Source of the DNA: Octopus vulgaris
Taxonomy: Eukaryota
Length of the DNA stretch: 64,000 nt
Assembly: GCA_951406725.2 (NCBI GenBank)
Contig: OX597820.1
Span: forward strand, 115,382,001 to 115,446,000
Reading direction: 5' to 3'
Shown here: positions 12,361-25,280 of the stretch, piece by piece
How the letters are laid out: each line of letters starts with the position of its first letter
Numbering within the stretch: position 1 is the first letter of the stretch
Notes under the pieces: model-generated
Database searches by the model: none
The model's input: the letters and a program-made list of their open reading frames with translations, nothing else
What the model was told of the DNA's origin: nothing
Program-made: the position numbers and the translations under genes

Positions 12361-12890
12361 AAGGCGGCGAGCTGGCAGAAACGTTAGCACGCCGGGCGAA
12401 ATGCTTAGCTGTATTTCGTCTGTCTTTACGTTCTGAGTTCAAATCTCGCCGAGCTTGTCTTTGCTTTTAAATAAGGCAGCGTGCTGGCAGAAACGTTAGC
12501 ACGCCGGGCGAAATGCGTAGCTGTATTTCGTCTGCCGTTACGTTCTGAGTTTAAATTCCGCCGAGGTCGACTTTGCCTTTCATCCTTTCGGGGTCGATTA
12601 AATAAGTACCAGTTACGCACTGGGGTCGCTATAATCGACTTAATCCGTTTGCCTGTCCTTGTTTGTCCCCTCTGTGTTTAGCCCCTTGTGGGTAGTAAAG
12701 AAATAGGTATTTCGTCTGCCGCTACGTTCTGAGTTCAAATTCCGCCGAAGTCGACTTTGCCTTTCATCCTTTCCGGGTCGATTAAATAAGTACCAATTAC
12801 ACACTTGGGTCGCTATAATCGACTTAATCCGTTTGTCTGCCTTTGTTTGTCCCCTCTGTGTGTAGCCCCTTGTGGGTAGTAAAGAAATAA
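12361..12890 (+). mobile_element. SINE family 2 cluster (truncated copy plus dimer)
   Basis: Heads at 12361 and 12472; tandem body+tail A; agattccacatcgcaga repeated on both sides (about 12342-12358 and 12890-12906), TSD-like. Confidence 0.88.
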
Positions 12891-13114
12891 GATTCCACAT
12901 CGCAGACCCACATTACCATGAGCTTAACACCAGTTACGATCCTTGTACAAGATTGGGAAATCAATAAGTAAACTTCTTTAAACAAATTATAGTTTATGAA
13001 TGAAGCTGGGGGTACTTTATCGCTTAATCAGAGGAAGATAGACAACGACCTTGACCTTTTTTACATGGTGCCCTGCACTGTTAGGAGCGAAAGGCGGGGA
13101 GGAACCGAGATTTC

Positions 13115-13365
13115 TTGGTTTGCTGCGCTGGGAAGCAGTGCATCGGAATATCGAATTCTTGCATCAGTGGTTTCCTGTCAGATTGCATTATCATGGTATG
13201 CGCTGACGGAGTTATCTCTGAACAGCACTCCGTCAGCACTGGTGCGCTCCTGGGTTCAGTTTTGTTCCTTGCACTCTTCTTTTTATGCATCAACGACCCG
13301 TTTAACCTCACCCCCGACAACACTCACCCCAACACAAAACGCGATACCACTCTCTATTCCTTCCT
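13115..13365 (+). pseudogene. Decayed LINE (CR1/Jockey-like) reverse transcriptase fragment
   Basis: GFLSDCIIMVCADGVISEQHSVSTGALLGSVLFLALFFLCINDP...DTTLY matches the RT pattern SFLSDR...V.VDG..S....V.SGVPQGSVL.P.LF..YINDL...YADD.TL with the catalytic motif lost. Confidence 0.72.
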
Positions 13366-13442
13366 GACTCTCCACACCCAAGAGCCATCCTCAAGGAACA
13401 TCATGCCGAATTTGCATCAACTCCCCACAAGTGAAATCCCCG

Positions 13443-13443
<1 letters not shown>

Positions 13444-13474
<31 letters not shown>

Positions 13475-13961
13475 CTACCACCACTCCCTCCACCATCATC
13501 ATCACCACCACCACCACCACCATCACCACCATCATCATCATCATCATCATCATCATCACCATCACCACCATCATCCTCATCACCACCACCACCATCCTCC
13601 TCCTCCTCCTCCTCATCATCATCTCCATCACCATCATCTTCATCATCACAATCACCACCACCGCCGCCGCCGCTGCCACCACCACCACCACTACCATCAT
13701 CATCATCATCATCACCATCACTACCATCATCCTCATCACCACCATCTTCCTCATCACCATCTCCATCATCATCATCATCATCATCGTCACTATATCCATC
13801 ATCATCATCATCGTCACCATATCCATCATCATCATCATCATCATCATCACTACCACCACTCCCACCATCATCATCATCATCACCACCACCACCACCACCA
13901 CCACCACCACCACCATCACCATCACCATCATCATCATCATCATCATCACCATCTCTACCAT
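13444..13961. repeat. Compound (CAT/CAC/CCT)n tract
   Basis: About 520 bp of trinucleotide repeats; explains the poly-His, Ser/Pro and Met/Val ORFs. Confidence 0.95.
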
Positions 13962-14130
13962 AACCCCACTGAATATTAATTTCTTTTGTCCATAGAGCCG
14001 ATTACCCGGTTTCCATGGCGTTATAAGTGACGACCTGATAACATTGTCCTCATTCCCTGAACAGAGCACTCCATCACAGGGTTCCTCAATTTACAGCTGA
14101 GTGGACGGCGGCAACGTGAAATGAAAAGTA

Positions 14131-14928
14131 CAGTAATCCCTCGCTATATCGCGGTTTACTTATCGCGCCCTCGGTACATCGCGGATTCTTCTGGCTAATA
14201 TATGCAAATTTATATTACGAACTCCTCGGTATATTACGGGTTTCCGCGGCCGATGGATATTTAGATTTTTTAGATTTTGATTAATTTTGTGGTAAAATAA
14301 GCATTTTCATACCTAAAAATTAATTAATTAATAAAAATACGACAGAGTACTGCACTGTACAACACATTAATTAAAATCTATTAAAAGAAAACGCGTAGTG
14401 TATCGCAGACGAGTAAACAAAGAATCGCACATACTGTACGGAAAACGGAACTCGGGAGACGAGTGTGTGGTGCATTTATAATTAAAATAAATATATACAA
14501 ATTATAAAAATAACAATAATAAAATATACAATACTGTACTGATTCTAGTAAAGATTGTTTGCCAACATAACATGGCGTCCTAGCTTAGGACAAATGTTGC
14601 TGTAATTTAGCCCCAGGAGACATCGTCTTCAGCTGGCTATACGACACGATCTGTGTCCTTATATTTTCGAACAAGGGAATCTAGTACCCCAACTCACTTC
14701 GAAAATATAAGGACACATATCGTATCGTATAGCAACGTTTGTCCTAAACCAGGACTACCATGTTATGTTGGTAAACAATCTTTACTCCAAATTATTGTTG
14801 TTGAATATCTCACGTCGTGAGATTTAAAAATAATAATTTTCTAGTACTGATTCTACTTCGCCGATTTTCACCTGTCGTGCGGGAGGAGGGGTTGGACCAT
14901 AACACCTTCGATAGTCGAGGCATTACTG
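14131..14928. mobile_element. Tigger/pogo-type MITE
   Basis: TA|CAGTAATCCCTCGCTATATCGCGG ... CGATAGTCGAGGCATTACTG termini; shorter relatives at about 23264-23469 and 23534-23773. Confidence 0.8.
14547..14786. mobile_element. Foldback MITE nested in the Tigger MITE
   Basis: About 55-bp TIRs agtaaagattgtttgccaacataacatgg / ccatgttatgttggtaaacaatctttact; partial second copy at about 24453-24610. Confidence 0.85.
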
Positions 14929-15087
14929 TGTTTTATTCAAGATGAGGCCATTCAGCTTTTTAACAGCTCATCTAAGAGAAGGTAACTCCATATAAATCTC
15001 ACGTCCTGATAACTACTTGGCTTGTGACACTTATTGTATCAGGTCAAGACAAGTCTGAAGGGCGAAGGAATGGCTCTGCACAAGACA

Positions 15088-15391
15088 TCTATATATATAT
15101 AAAAGAAAAGTTGTGTGCTGTCTGTCTCCTACGATTTAGATTCCTAACTACTCCCACATTTTGCGGTGCAGTTTAACCAAAACCGGGTATCTTATAGTCG
15201 TGATTCATATCGAGCCCTTCTGGTATTAGCGCGCGTCTACGATGAGTCTACGATTAAAAAAAAAAATTACCATAATTTTTTTCCATTTTTAATGCATTTT
15301 TGTTGCTATTATATAAAGGAAGTAACTCTCTAAAAATGCTTATATAGTTATTTCCCTTACAAACCCGAGCAACGCCGGACGATACTGCTAG
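15088..15391 (+). mobile_element. Non-autonomous Helitron
   Basis: A|TC 5' end, subterminal GC hairpin (cccgagcaacgccgga), CTAG|T 3' end; second copy at 48253-48636. Confidence 0.88.
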
Positions 15392-15925
15392 TACTCACTA
15401 AAATGATAAACCCCTGGTATCTTGTGGGGTAATTTATGGAACGTTTAAAAATGGCTAAGCGGATAAACCCTAACAGAAAATCAGGACCCTAGGGCAGATA
15501 TATAAAGTAATACTTAACTAATATTAGGCACCCCCGCCCCTGTGGATCTATGGATTCTGCAAACATATTGAGTTGTCTTTCCTTTGTAATGTATCCATGA
15601 GTGGAGAAGCGTTTGTGTGTTTGGAGGCAAAGTAGTTGCTTCTGGAAACAGCTCAGGCACAACGTAGTTTGTTAAGTTAGTGTCTCTGCCATACCATTGG
15701 CCAATGGCGAAAAAGGACAAACAAATCATTTTTGATTCCGTATAAATCCAATCCCTTGCGTTTAAGTACGAAATCAGTAGCCCTATACGGATGTTAATCA
15801 TATCTCACGAGGAGTGTCGGCAAACCGCAAATATGTACAACAGTTAAAAGGAGAGACAAATCTTAACCTCCTTTCCTCAAAAAAATGTTTCATAACAAAT
15901 TAATCTTTGATATCAGCTCAGATAG

Positions 15926-15999
<74 letters not shown>

Positions 16000-16244
16000 C
16001 GTACAAATTTCAGGGTTGCTAAGCATAAAAAAAAAAGGTCACAATTTAGTATTTCCTACCAGGAATTAATGGAATTAATAAGTCATTAGTAATTTTACAG
16101 CCACTGTGATATCCATCTGGTTTTTATTCTTACGTAAGAAACAAAATTCCTGGAATAAACTAATCACCGAATTTAGATTGGCCAGGTCAATATAACTGTC
16201 TTTCTTCTACAAAAGCTCTTTTATGCCTATCCTAAAACCTTTCC

Positions 16245-16377
16245 CTATACAAAAACTGAAGGACTGCTACAATAAGTGTGTGAATCTGAGAGAGGAATAT
16301 GTTTAATAAAATCATAATTAACTGATCTTCTTGTATTTTCTTTTACCCAAAGCCAGGAACTTTTCAGTAACCCCTCG
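16245..16377 (+). mobile_element. Mariner 3' end remnant
   Basis: IQKLKDCYNKCVNLREEYV* matches the mariner transposase C-terminus; TIR ...aggaacttttcagtaacccctcg|TA. Confidence 0.75.
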
Positions 16378-16793
16378 TATATGTACATGTGTATATGTGT
16401 ATATATATATGTGTGTGTGTGTGTGATTATCCAGTTTATTATAAGATTCCTTGCCAATACAGAAAGAACCGGTTTCTAACGAAGATCCAATGTTCCTTCA
16501 TTGGAATTTCAACAGCAACGACAGGGTATTTTTGTTTGTATGTATGTATGTATGTATGTATGTATGTATGTATGTATGTATGTATGTATGTATGTATGTA
16601 TATGCATGTGTCTCATTTTTAGTGGTTGTATAACTCGATGTGGATAAAGCTATAAATAATGTGAAATACTGGGATTAAAACGCCTTTGGAAAGAAAACAT
16701 CGAAGTTTGCTTGTAGGCTTTATCTACTTCGAGTTAAACAGTTAAAGTGGAACTATTTCGCGTTCTCTCGAAATTTCTAAATCCTTGTGACGT

Positions 16794-16846
<53 letters not shown>

Positions 16847-16847
16847 C

Positions 16848-16898
16848 CAGCCTGATGATCGGGAATGTGAAATTCAAATAATTGGAAAATATTAGCTG
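16848..16898 (+). ncRNA. Minimal type-I hammerhead-like motif, canonical core
   Basis: Stem I CAGC/GCTG; CTGATGA at 16852-16858; GAA at 16885; palindromic stem III AATATT; predicted site UUA. Confidence 0.7.
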
Positions 16899-16965
16899 CT
16901 ACTCGCCATAATCATAACACTTTCTTCTTGGCATTGGGTATTGTTTTGTCCTTCTTGTCTGTCCT

Positions 16966-16994
16966 TACATACATACATACATACATATATATAC

Positions 16995-17027
<33 letters not shown>

Positions 17028-17035
17028 CATATATA

Positions 17036-17071
<36 letters not shown>

Positions 17072-17209
17072 CATACATATACATACATATATATACATAT
17101 ATATACATACATACATACATACATATATGCATACATACATATACATACATATATATACATACATATACATACATATATATACATATATATACATACATAC
17201 ATACATACA

Positions 17210-17241
<32 letters not shown>

Positions 17242-17431
17242 CATACATATATATACATACATATACATACATATATATACATATATATACATACATACAT
17301 ACATACATATATGCATACATACATACATATATACATACATACATACATACATATATATACATACATATACATACATACATATATATACATATATATACAT
17401 ACATACATACATACATATATGCATACATACA

Positions 17432-17501
<70 letters not shown>
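16966..17501. repeat. Compound (TACA)n/(TA)n array with higher-order repetition
   Basis: Direct reading; a similar array spans about 18100-18597. Confidence 0.95.
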
Positions 17502-17504
<3 letters not shown>

Positions 17505-17876
17505 TTTTATTTTTTCAGTCATTTGACTGCGGCCATGCTAGAGCACTGCCTTTAGTCAAACAAATCGACCCCAGAACTTATTCTTTGTAAGCCTAGTACT
17601 TATTCTATCAGTCACTTGTGCCGAACCAATAAGTTACGGGGACATAAACACACCAACATCGGTTCTCAAGCGATGGCAGGAGTGGAAAAACACAGGCTCA
17701 GACACAGAGACATATATATATATACGACGGGCTTCTTTCAGTTTCCGTCTACCAAATCCACTCACTTGGTTTTGGTCGGCCTGAGGCTTAGTAGAAGACA
17801 CTTGCCCAAGGTGCCACGCAGTGGGACTGAACCCTGTACCATATGGTTGAGAAGTAAGCTTCTTACCACACAGCCT
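17502..17876 (-). mobile_element. SINE family 1
   Basis: Reverse-complement near full-length copy. Confidence 0.85.
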
Positions 17877-20179
17877 TTATAGCTTTATATAGAGAGAGGC
17901 AAGTCAAAAATAATAAACCGGAGAAAGCAGCAAAAGTGAATTTGACGAACACAGTGAATGTATTGGATCGACGTTCAGTGAAAGGCTTAGCTGGAGAAAG
18001 AGGAGTGGGAATGATGTTTCGTGCATGGCTCTTCGTCAGGAAGAGGAAACCGCTCAGAGAAGAGGAAAAAGGGGGAAGGAGCAGGTAGTCCGAAAGAAGT
18101 GCATACGCGCACACGCATACATACGTACATACATATACACACAGACACACACACGCATATACTCACATACGTACATACATACACACACACATACATACAT
18201 ACATACATACATACACACAAGCATACACTCATACATACATAATACATACACACATGCATGCTTACATACATATATACATGCATACATACATACACACACA
18301 TACATAATTGCATACGTACATTCACACGCAAGCATACACTCATACATACATACATACATGCATGCATGCATGCACACATACATACATACATACATGCATA
18401 CATACATGCATGCACGCATACATACACACACACATACATACACACATACACACATACATACATACATACATACACACACATACATACATACATACATACA
18501 TACATACATACATACACACATGCATACATGCATACATACGTACATACATACATACATACACACACACATACATACATGCATACACACATACATACATGTT
18601 AAAACTCTCTTTTAGAAAGCAACCATTTATCAAAACAAGCAATGATAATCCCACACACAAACATTTCAAGTTCAAACAGACGCCATCATTTTCGAAAGAT
18701 TTATTTCTAGGAATAAAATAATGACATTTGGTGCGTTTAGTGGACATTCGTAATGCAGAGTATAATGATGTGGCCCGTTTGGGCCTCATATTAACGAATA
18801 GTATCCGCAATGACAAAACCGTGTAACGAGGGCTGTCTATTTACTTTTAGGGCGTCTGTGTATTGTTGTTATTCGTTGGAATCAGAAAATTTAATTTTAA
18901 GGAAAAAGCGCAAACTTTATTTTCATTTTTTTCTTATCGGATCAACTTTATAAGCCAAATGTAAACTATGAAATCTTCCCAACAGAAATGCCATCGCAAG
19001 AGATTAGCGACTTATTCAAGGACTTGTTTCATGGCTGTGGTGTATGAAATTTATAATATTTCCGTTTAAACACGCATGCACACACTCACACACACACATT
19101 TATACATGTATTTGCACCCTAAACCGAAGTCGGTTTGTTTACTTTCCCATAACATAGTGTCTGAATTCTAATGCAAAAAAAAACCCCAAAAAAACAAAAA
19201 AAAAACAAAATGTTTATTGAGGTTGGAGGCCAGTTTTTCTATGTTAGAGAGAAATTTGCAAAACAGAACAAGAAGAATGTACATACTTGTGAAAATACGA
19301 ACATTCAGAGAGGGAAAATATTCTTAGAAATAATATCAGAGCGGAAATAAATAAAATGACTATATTTTGTGCCTGCAGTACAAAAGGACTTAAACACGTG
19401 ATCCCTTTAAGAATCGTTTCGTCACAACCAATCAGAAAAAACTAATAAGTACCTGAGCTTAATAGAAATGATTTGGTTAATTCCCTGTGGCGAATCTGGC
19501 GGAAGATATCTTGGAGATTAAAGTTTCGATATGACATGAAGGGAAGAAGATCGGAAATACAATTCAAGCAGAAGATATCGTTGACATGATCTGGTTTAAT
19601 GGAATCAAAACATCAATCCTCAACAACTTGATGAAATGTTACAGCAACGGCAACGACGGGCAAAGCTTGGCTCTCTTTTCTCTTCTCTACACTTTTAATC
19701 TTTTCTTTTTATTATTATCGTCTGTTTTTTTCTTCCTCGCTTGTTTCAATCATGGAATTGCAGTCGTACTGAAGCACCATCTTGGAGGGTTTTAATCGAA
19801 CAAATCAAACCCAGAACTTTGTTTTTCTTTGTTTGTTTTAAGCTGCTGCTTATTTTATCGATCTCTTTGCCGGAACGTAAGATTACAAGGGACGCAAAGA
19901 AACTAACGAACGCGCACACGCACACATGTACGATGGATTCCCACAATTCCGTCTACCAAATTCCCACACTGTGTTAGAAGACACTCGCCTAAGATGTGGC
20001 GGAGTGGAACTGAACCCGAAACCAGGTGATTGGGAATCAACCTTCTTAACCAGACAGCCTTGAACATTTTACAAATACGTATTCATGCATAAACATACCT
20101 ATAATCTTCATATAGTTTATTATTAATTCTCGTGTGTGTGTGTGTACGTGTGTGTGTGTGTACGTGTGTGTGTGTGTAC

Positions 20180-20218
<39 letters not shown>

Positions 20219-20299
20219 CGATTGATTGATTGATTCTAGTTTTAGCTCATGAGCTGTGGCCATGCTGGGGCACATATATATATATATATAAAGATGTAA

Positions 20300-20671
20300 A
20301 GGTGGGGGAGCTGCAGGAATCGTTAGCACGCCGGGCGAAATGCTTAGCGGTATTTCGTCTGCCGCTACGTTCTGAGTTCAAATTCCGCCGAGGTCGACTT
20401 TGCCTTTCATCCTTTCGGGGTCGATTAAATAAGTACCAGTTACGCACTGGGGTCGATATAATCGACTTAATCCGTTTGTCTGTCCTTGTTTGTCCTCTCT
20501 GTGTTTAGTCCCTTGTGGGTAGTAAAGAAATAGGTATTTCGTCCGTCTTTACATTCTGGGTTCAAATTCCGCCGGGGTCGATAAATTAAGTACCAGTTGC
20601 GTATTGGAGTCAATCTAATCGACTGGCCCCATCTCCCCAAAATTTTCGGGCGTTGTGTCAAGAGTAGAAAA

Positions 20672-20675
<4 letters not shown>
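20300..20675 (+). mobile_element. SINE family 2 dimer (tail A then tail B)
   Basis: Head ggggagctgcaggaatcgttagcacg, body, tail A, shortened body, tail B. Confidence 0.88.
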
Positions 20676-20761
<86 letters not shown>

Positions 20762-20769
<8 letters not shown>

Positions 20770-20960
20770 GTAGATTTGTAGATGTATAATTAATATATTT
20801 GTATGATTTAACGATTTTGAAATTTTTATAAAAACAATACAAATAAATTACAAGTTGTAAAACTCTTAAAGAAATGGCAGATGCCAAAAACCTACATATG
20901 TTTCGATTCACGCCCTTAGGTGATACGTAATTCTAAGCATTTGGTCATATGCTAAGAATT

Positions 20961-20962
<2 letters not shown>
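20762..20962 (-). mobile_element. Truncated hammerhead-bearing element, related to 63682-63945
   Basis: Minus strand gtgaatcGAAACATATGTAggtttttggcatctgcc; flanked by (TA)n/(GA)n. Confidence 0.65.
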
Positions 20963-21051
<89 letters not shown>

Positions 21052-21052
<1 letters not shown>

Positions 21053-21236
21053 GTTGGAATTTCCCCCAAAAAAAGACGAAGACAGGTGTGTGAACAATAA
21101 ACAGGTGTATTAGTTTAACGCTCAAGAAGGTGAGAAAGTCTTTTACGTTTCGAGCCTACACTCTTCAACAGACAGGAACACGAGAAAATAAACAGAGAGA
21201 ATAAAAAAGCTTTAGTGGCTAGCGGTCAATCATGGT
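21052..21236 (-). mobile_element. Penelope-like pLTR-type short element with hammerhead-like motif (family A)
   Basis: Minus strand CTGTTGA-A-GAGT gtag GCTC-GAAACGTA-aaagac; homologous to 37244-37413 and 55577-55790; ends at (TA)n. Confidence 0.7.
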
Positions 21237-21262
21237 ATATAAATAAATAAATAAATACCTAC

Positions 21263-21324
<62 letters not shown>

Positions 21325-21502
21325 GTAGGTAGCTTATTACCAATTAAAACCTAAAGGCAAATTTATAAACGTCACTAAAGTGACAACGGTACAAAGTGGT
21401 ACGAGCATTGCAAGAAATAAGAGTCAAAACGACTCATTAGCCACAAAAGGCATTAACTTGATAAGTTAGTGGGACAAAGCTTCCTACTGAAGAAACAGGC
21501 AT

Positions 21503-21560
21503 ATCCCTATCACATGATTTCGAAGTCTGATGCATAGCATCTCAGTTCTCGTCAGTGGAT
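21503..21560 (-). ncRNA. Type-I hammerhead-like motif with extended stem II
   Basis: atcca-CTGACGA-gaactgagatgctatgcatcagacttc-GAA-ATCATGTGAT-A-gggat. Confidence 0.7.
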
Positions 21561-22159
21561 CTTACCAACCTCAATAAAATAATACAAGAGACGATATTTT
21601 CCACTGTTAAATTCTGACCATTTGCTACATTAACTGCCAAATTTTTTTATTCATATTCTTCGTCTTTGCCAGGTGTCTTTGGAGTTAAAATAATATATAG
21701 TATTTAAATTTTCTTTATATGTGAATTATTTTGGAAATTATGAATTTTTCGGAAAGTCCCAAATGGAGACCACTGAAAAAGAGCATATTTATCCTTTTAT
21801 ATTCAATTGCAATAATAAACATTTTAGGTTGTTTTTTTTTTGAAACTATAGAATCAAATGCGAATGCGTATGAAATATCAATGAATGATATAGATGGGAG
21901 ATGCAAAAAAAAAACGTTTTCAAAACAGTCAATATTTTTATAGTTCAAAAATTGCGATTTATGACATAAAATGTCCTCTAGAATTAGCCAGAGCTAATAA
22001 TGACAAACTTTAACTACTAAATATTGTTAAACACACCTCTGCAAATGCAATGGGCATAAGCAATTCACTTTAAATACAACGAACAACCGGCAGTGAGACT
22101 GTTTTTAGCAGATCCCCAAATGGGGCTCATGGCAAGCGATGGGTTAATAAACGTTGCGA

Positions 22160-22460
22160 AGACGCGTGGCTTAGTGGTTAGAGGCATTCGGCTCACGATC
22201 GTAAGGTCGCGAGTTCGATTCCCGGCAGCGTATTGTGTCCTTGAGCAAGACACTTTATTTCACGTTGCACCAGTCCACTCGGCTGGCAAAAATGTGTTGT
22301 ACTTCTATTTGAAAAGGGCCAACCTTATCACATTCTTTGTTCTGCTAAATCTCCAATCTATGGAGAGCTAGGTCCCTTGCACACTAATTTCACGAGCAGG
22401 CTGTTCTATTGATCGGATCAACTGGAACACTCGTCGTCGCAACCGACGGAAAACCAGATG
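22160..22460 (+). mobile_element. tRNA-derived SINE, family 3
   Basis: Head gtggcttagtggttag...gagttcgattccc (A/B boxes) then gtgtccttgagcaagacactt; relatives at about 23958, 49353, 52637, 56625. Confidence 0.82.
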
Positions 22461-22781
22461 ACATTAATTAGTGTAAGAGCAAACAGAAACTAAGAGGAGA
22501 CTCGTGTCTTTTGCTATTGTTTGCTGTTTTAGTAATAAATGATGTTTGTCATGGCAACATCGGAATTCATTTCCGTCACCAGACTTCGTCACCGCATTTT
22601 TTTCGTTGTTGCAATTTGATTAGGGATTATAAACCGATAACATCTCTTTGACCTCTTGGTATTTTTTCGCTTTTTATACGTCAACTTCAAAATAATGCAA
22701 AATGATTTTTATCAAATGTTGCTCGGAACACTTTTTACGGTTTTGTCTTATACGAAGAGCTTACTTTCAAAAGCAGATTTA

Positions 22782-23197
22782 TATTTCTTTACTACCCACA
22801 AGAGCCTAACACAGAGGGGACAAACAAGGACAGACAAATGCATTAAGTCGATTATAACGACCCCAGTGCGTAACTGGTACTTATTTAATCGACCCGGAAA
22901 GGATGAAAGGCAAAATCATCCTTGGCGGAATTTGAACTCAGAACGTAGCGGCAGACGACATACCTATTTCTTTACTAACCACAAGGGGCTAAACACAGAG
23001 AGGACGAACAAGGACAGACAAACGGATTAAGTCGATTACATCGACCCCAGTGCGTAACTGCTACTTAATTTATCGACCCCGAAAGGGCGAAAGGCAAAGT
23101 CGACCTCGGCGGAATTTGAACTCAGAACGTAACGGCAGACGAAATACGGCTACGCATTTCGCCCGGCGTGCTAACGATTCTGCCAGCTCGCCGCCTT
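22782..23197 (-). mobile_element. SINE family 2 dimer
   Basis: Two body+tail A units, one head. Confidence 0.88.
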
Positions 23198-24989
23198 TTC
23201 AAATCCAGATATATGCATCAGAATGTCTTTTGAGCGATTTTTTAAAACAACAACTTAAATAAACAGTAATCTCTTGCCATATCGCGGTTCACCTATCGCA
23301 CAATCAGTACATCGCGGATTTTTCTGGCTAATATATGTAAATTTATATCGTGAACTTCTCAGAATATCACAAGTTTTTGCAGCCGATAGATTTTTTTTTT
23401 TTTTTAGATTTTTATTATTTCTGTGGGAGGTTTTGTAACGTAACACCCGTGATAGTCAAGGGATTACAATATCTGATTTTGATTGGAATACTAAAACTTT
23501 TGAGTAGTTGTTTAAAACAACAACTTGAATATACAGTTATTCCTCTCCACATCGCGGTTCACCAATCGCACACTCACTACATCGCGGTTCACCTATCGCA
23601 CACTTAATACATTGCGAATTTTTCTGCTTAATACATGTAAATTTATATCGCGGACTTCTCAGTATATCGCGGGTTTCTGCGGCCGATAGGTATTTATATT
23701 TTTTTTTGTAGATTTTAATTATTTAAGTGGGAGGTTTTGGAACCTAACACCCGCGATGGTCGAGAGATCACTGCATCTGGTTTGGATTGGAAGACTAAGA
23801 TTCGCCTCCAGTCTGTATGGCATTCATCCTAGTTTGACTGGAAAGAATTCCACGTGTGTGAAGCCAGCAGCTGCCAGATTGTATTTTAATGGTTATCATG
23901 GAATCGACCAAATATGCTCTTGTACCGGTTTTGAAGAATATATTATATTCTTCAGTGAAGGCGCATGGCTTATTGGTTAGAGGTATTCAACTCGCGATCA
24001 TGAGTTCGAACCCTGGCGATGCTCTGTGTCCTTGAGCAAGACACTTTATTTCACGCTGCAATTTTATTATGAATTTTGAAGGTATAACAATCCTTTAACC
24101 TTTTGGGATTGTTTTGCTTTTTATACGTAAACTTCAAAATAATGTAAAATGTAAATAAAAAAAAAATTAAATAAATAAATGAGTGGAAATTGAACCGATG
24201 AGTGTGTTAATTAATAAATCATTAAAACAGAATGACCCTCCCCAGACACAACAAAATATGTTTCAACACACGAATTCACATAAAGAATCTTGCAAACCAA
24301 ATCCAAAATCGAAATGCAAAATGATTTTTATCAAATGTTGGTCCTGAACACTTTTTATGGTTTTGAATTATTCATTCCTCAGTTGGTTCATTCATGAAAA
24401 TCTGCTCAAGATATTCTCTTTGAAATACAGTTCACTAATGTCTTTTACTTGTAGTGAAGATTGTTTGCCAACATAACATGGTAGTCCTGGTTTAGGACAA
24501 ATGTTGCTGTTATTTATCCCCAGGAAATATTGTCTCCAGCTGGCTATACGACACGATCTGTGTCCTTATATTTTCAAACAAGGGACTCTAGCACCCCACT
24601 CAGCTCAAAACAATATCTGCGTATCGCGATTTCCGGGTTATTTCTCTTCATCAGCACATCTTTTACTTGTTTCGCGCATTTAATGGTGGCCATGCTGGAG
24701 CACCGCCTTGAAGAATTTTAGTCGAATGAATTGACCCCAGGACTTATTTCTTTTTTAAGTCTGCTACTTATTCTATCGGTCTCTTTTGCTGAGCCATTAA
24801 GTTAAGGGGACGTAAACACACCAACACCGATTGCCAAGCGGTGGTGCGGGACAAACACAGACACAAAGACACACATAGACACACACACACACACATATAT
24901 ATATATAGCGAATCTGGAACTTAACTATGGTCAGTCTATAGCACTTATTCAGCATTACCTGACACCTTTGGGTCTCAATGACACCATTA

Positions 24990-25031
<42 letters not shown>

Positions 25032-25055
25032 CACCATTATCTTTTATATATATAT

Positions 25056-25086
<31 letters not shown>

Positions 25087-25167
25087 AGATAATGGTGTCA
25101 TATATATATATATATATATATGACACCATTATCTTTTATATATATATATATATATATATGATACCAT

Positions 25168-25207
<40 letters not shown>

Positions 25208-25231
25208 ATATATATATAAAAGATAATGGTG

Positions 25232-25279
<48 letters not shown>

Positions 25280-25280
25280 C

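Noticed and set aside
13401-14069. Long poly-His, Ser/Pro and Met/Val ORFs
   Set aside because: Stop-free trinucleotide repeats open in several frames; no splice or domain evidence.
15514-15801. WIYTESK as an RNase H motif
   Set aside because: Single short motif with no supporting context.
16631-16797. Inverted repeat plus GAAATAGTT as another hammerhead
   Set aside because: No core or stem I could be identified; too truncated to support.
16892-18816. 180-220 aa YIHT/MYVC ORFs
   Set aside because: Translations of (TACA)n and (CA)n microsatellites.
22160-22225. tRNA-like sequence
   Set aside because: A/B boxes present but no intact cloverleaf, and it continues into a SINE body.
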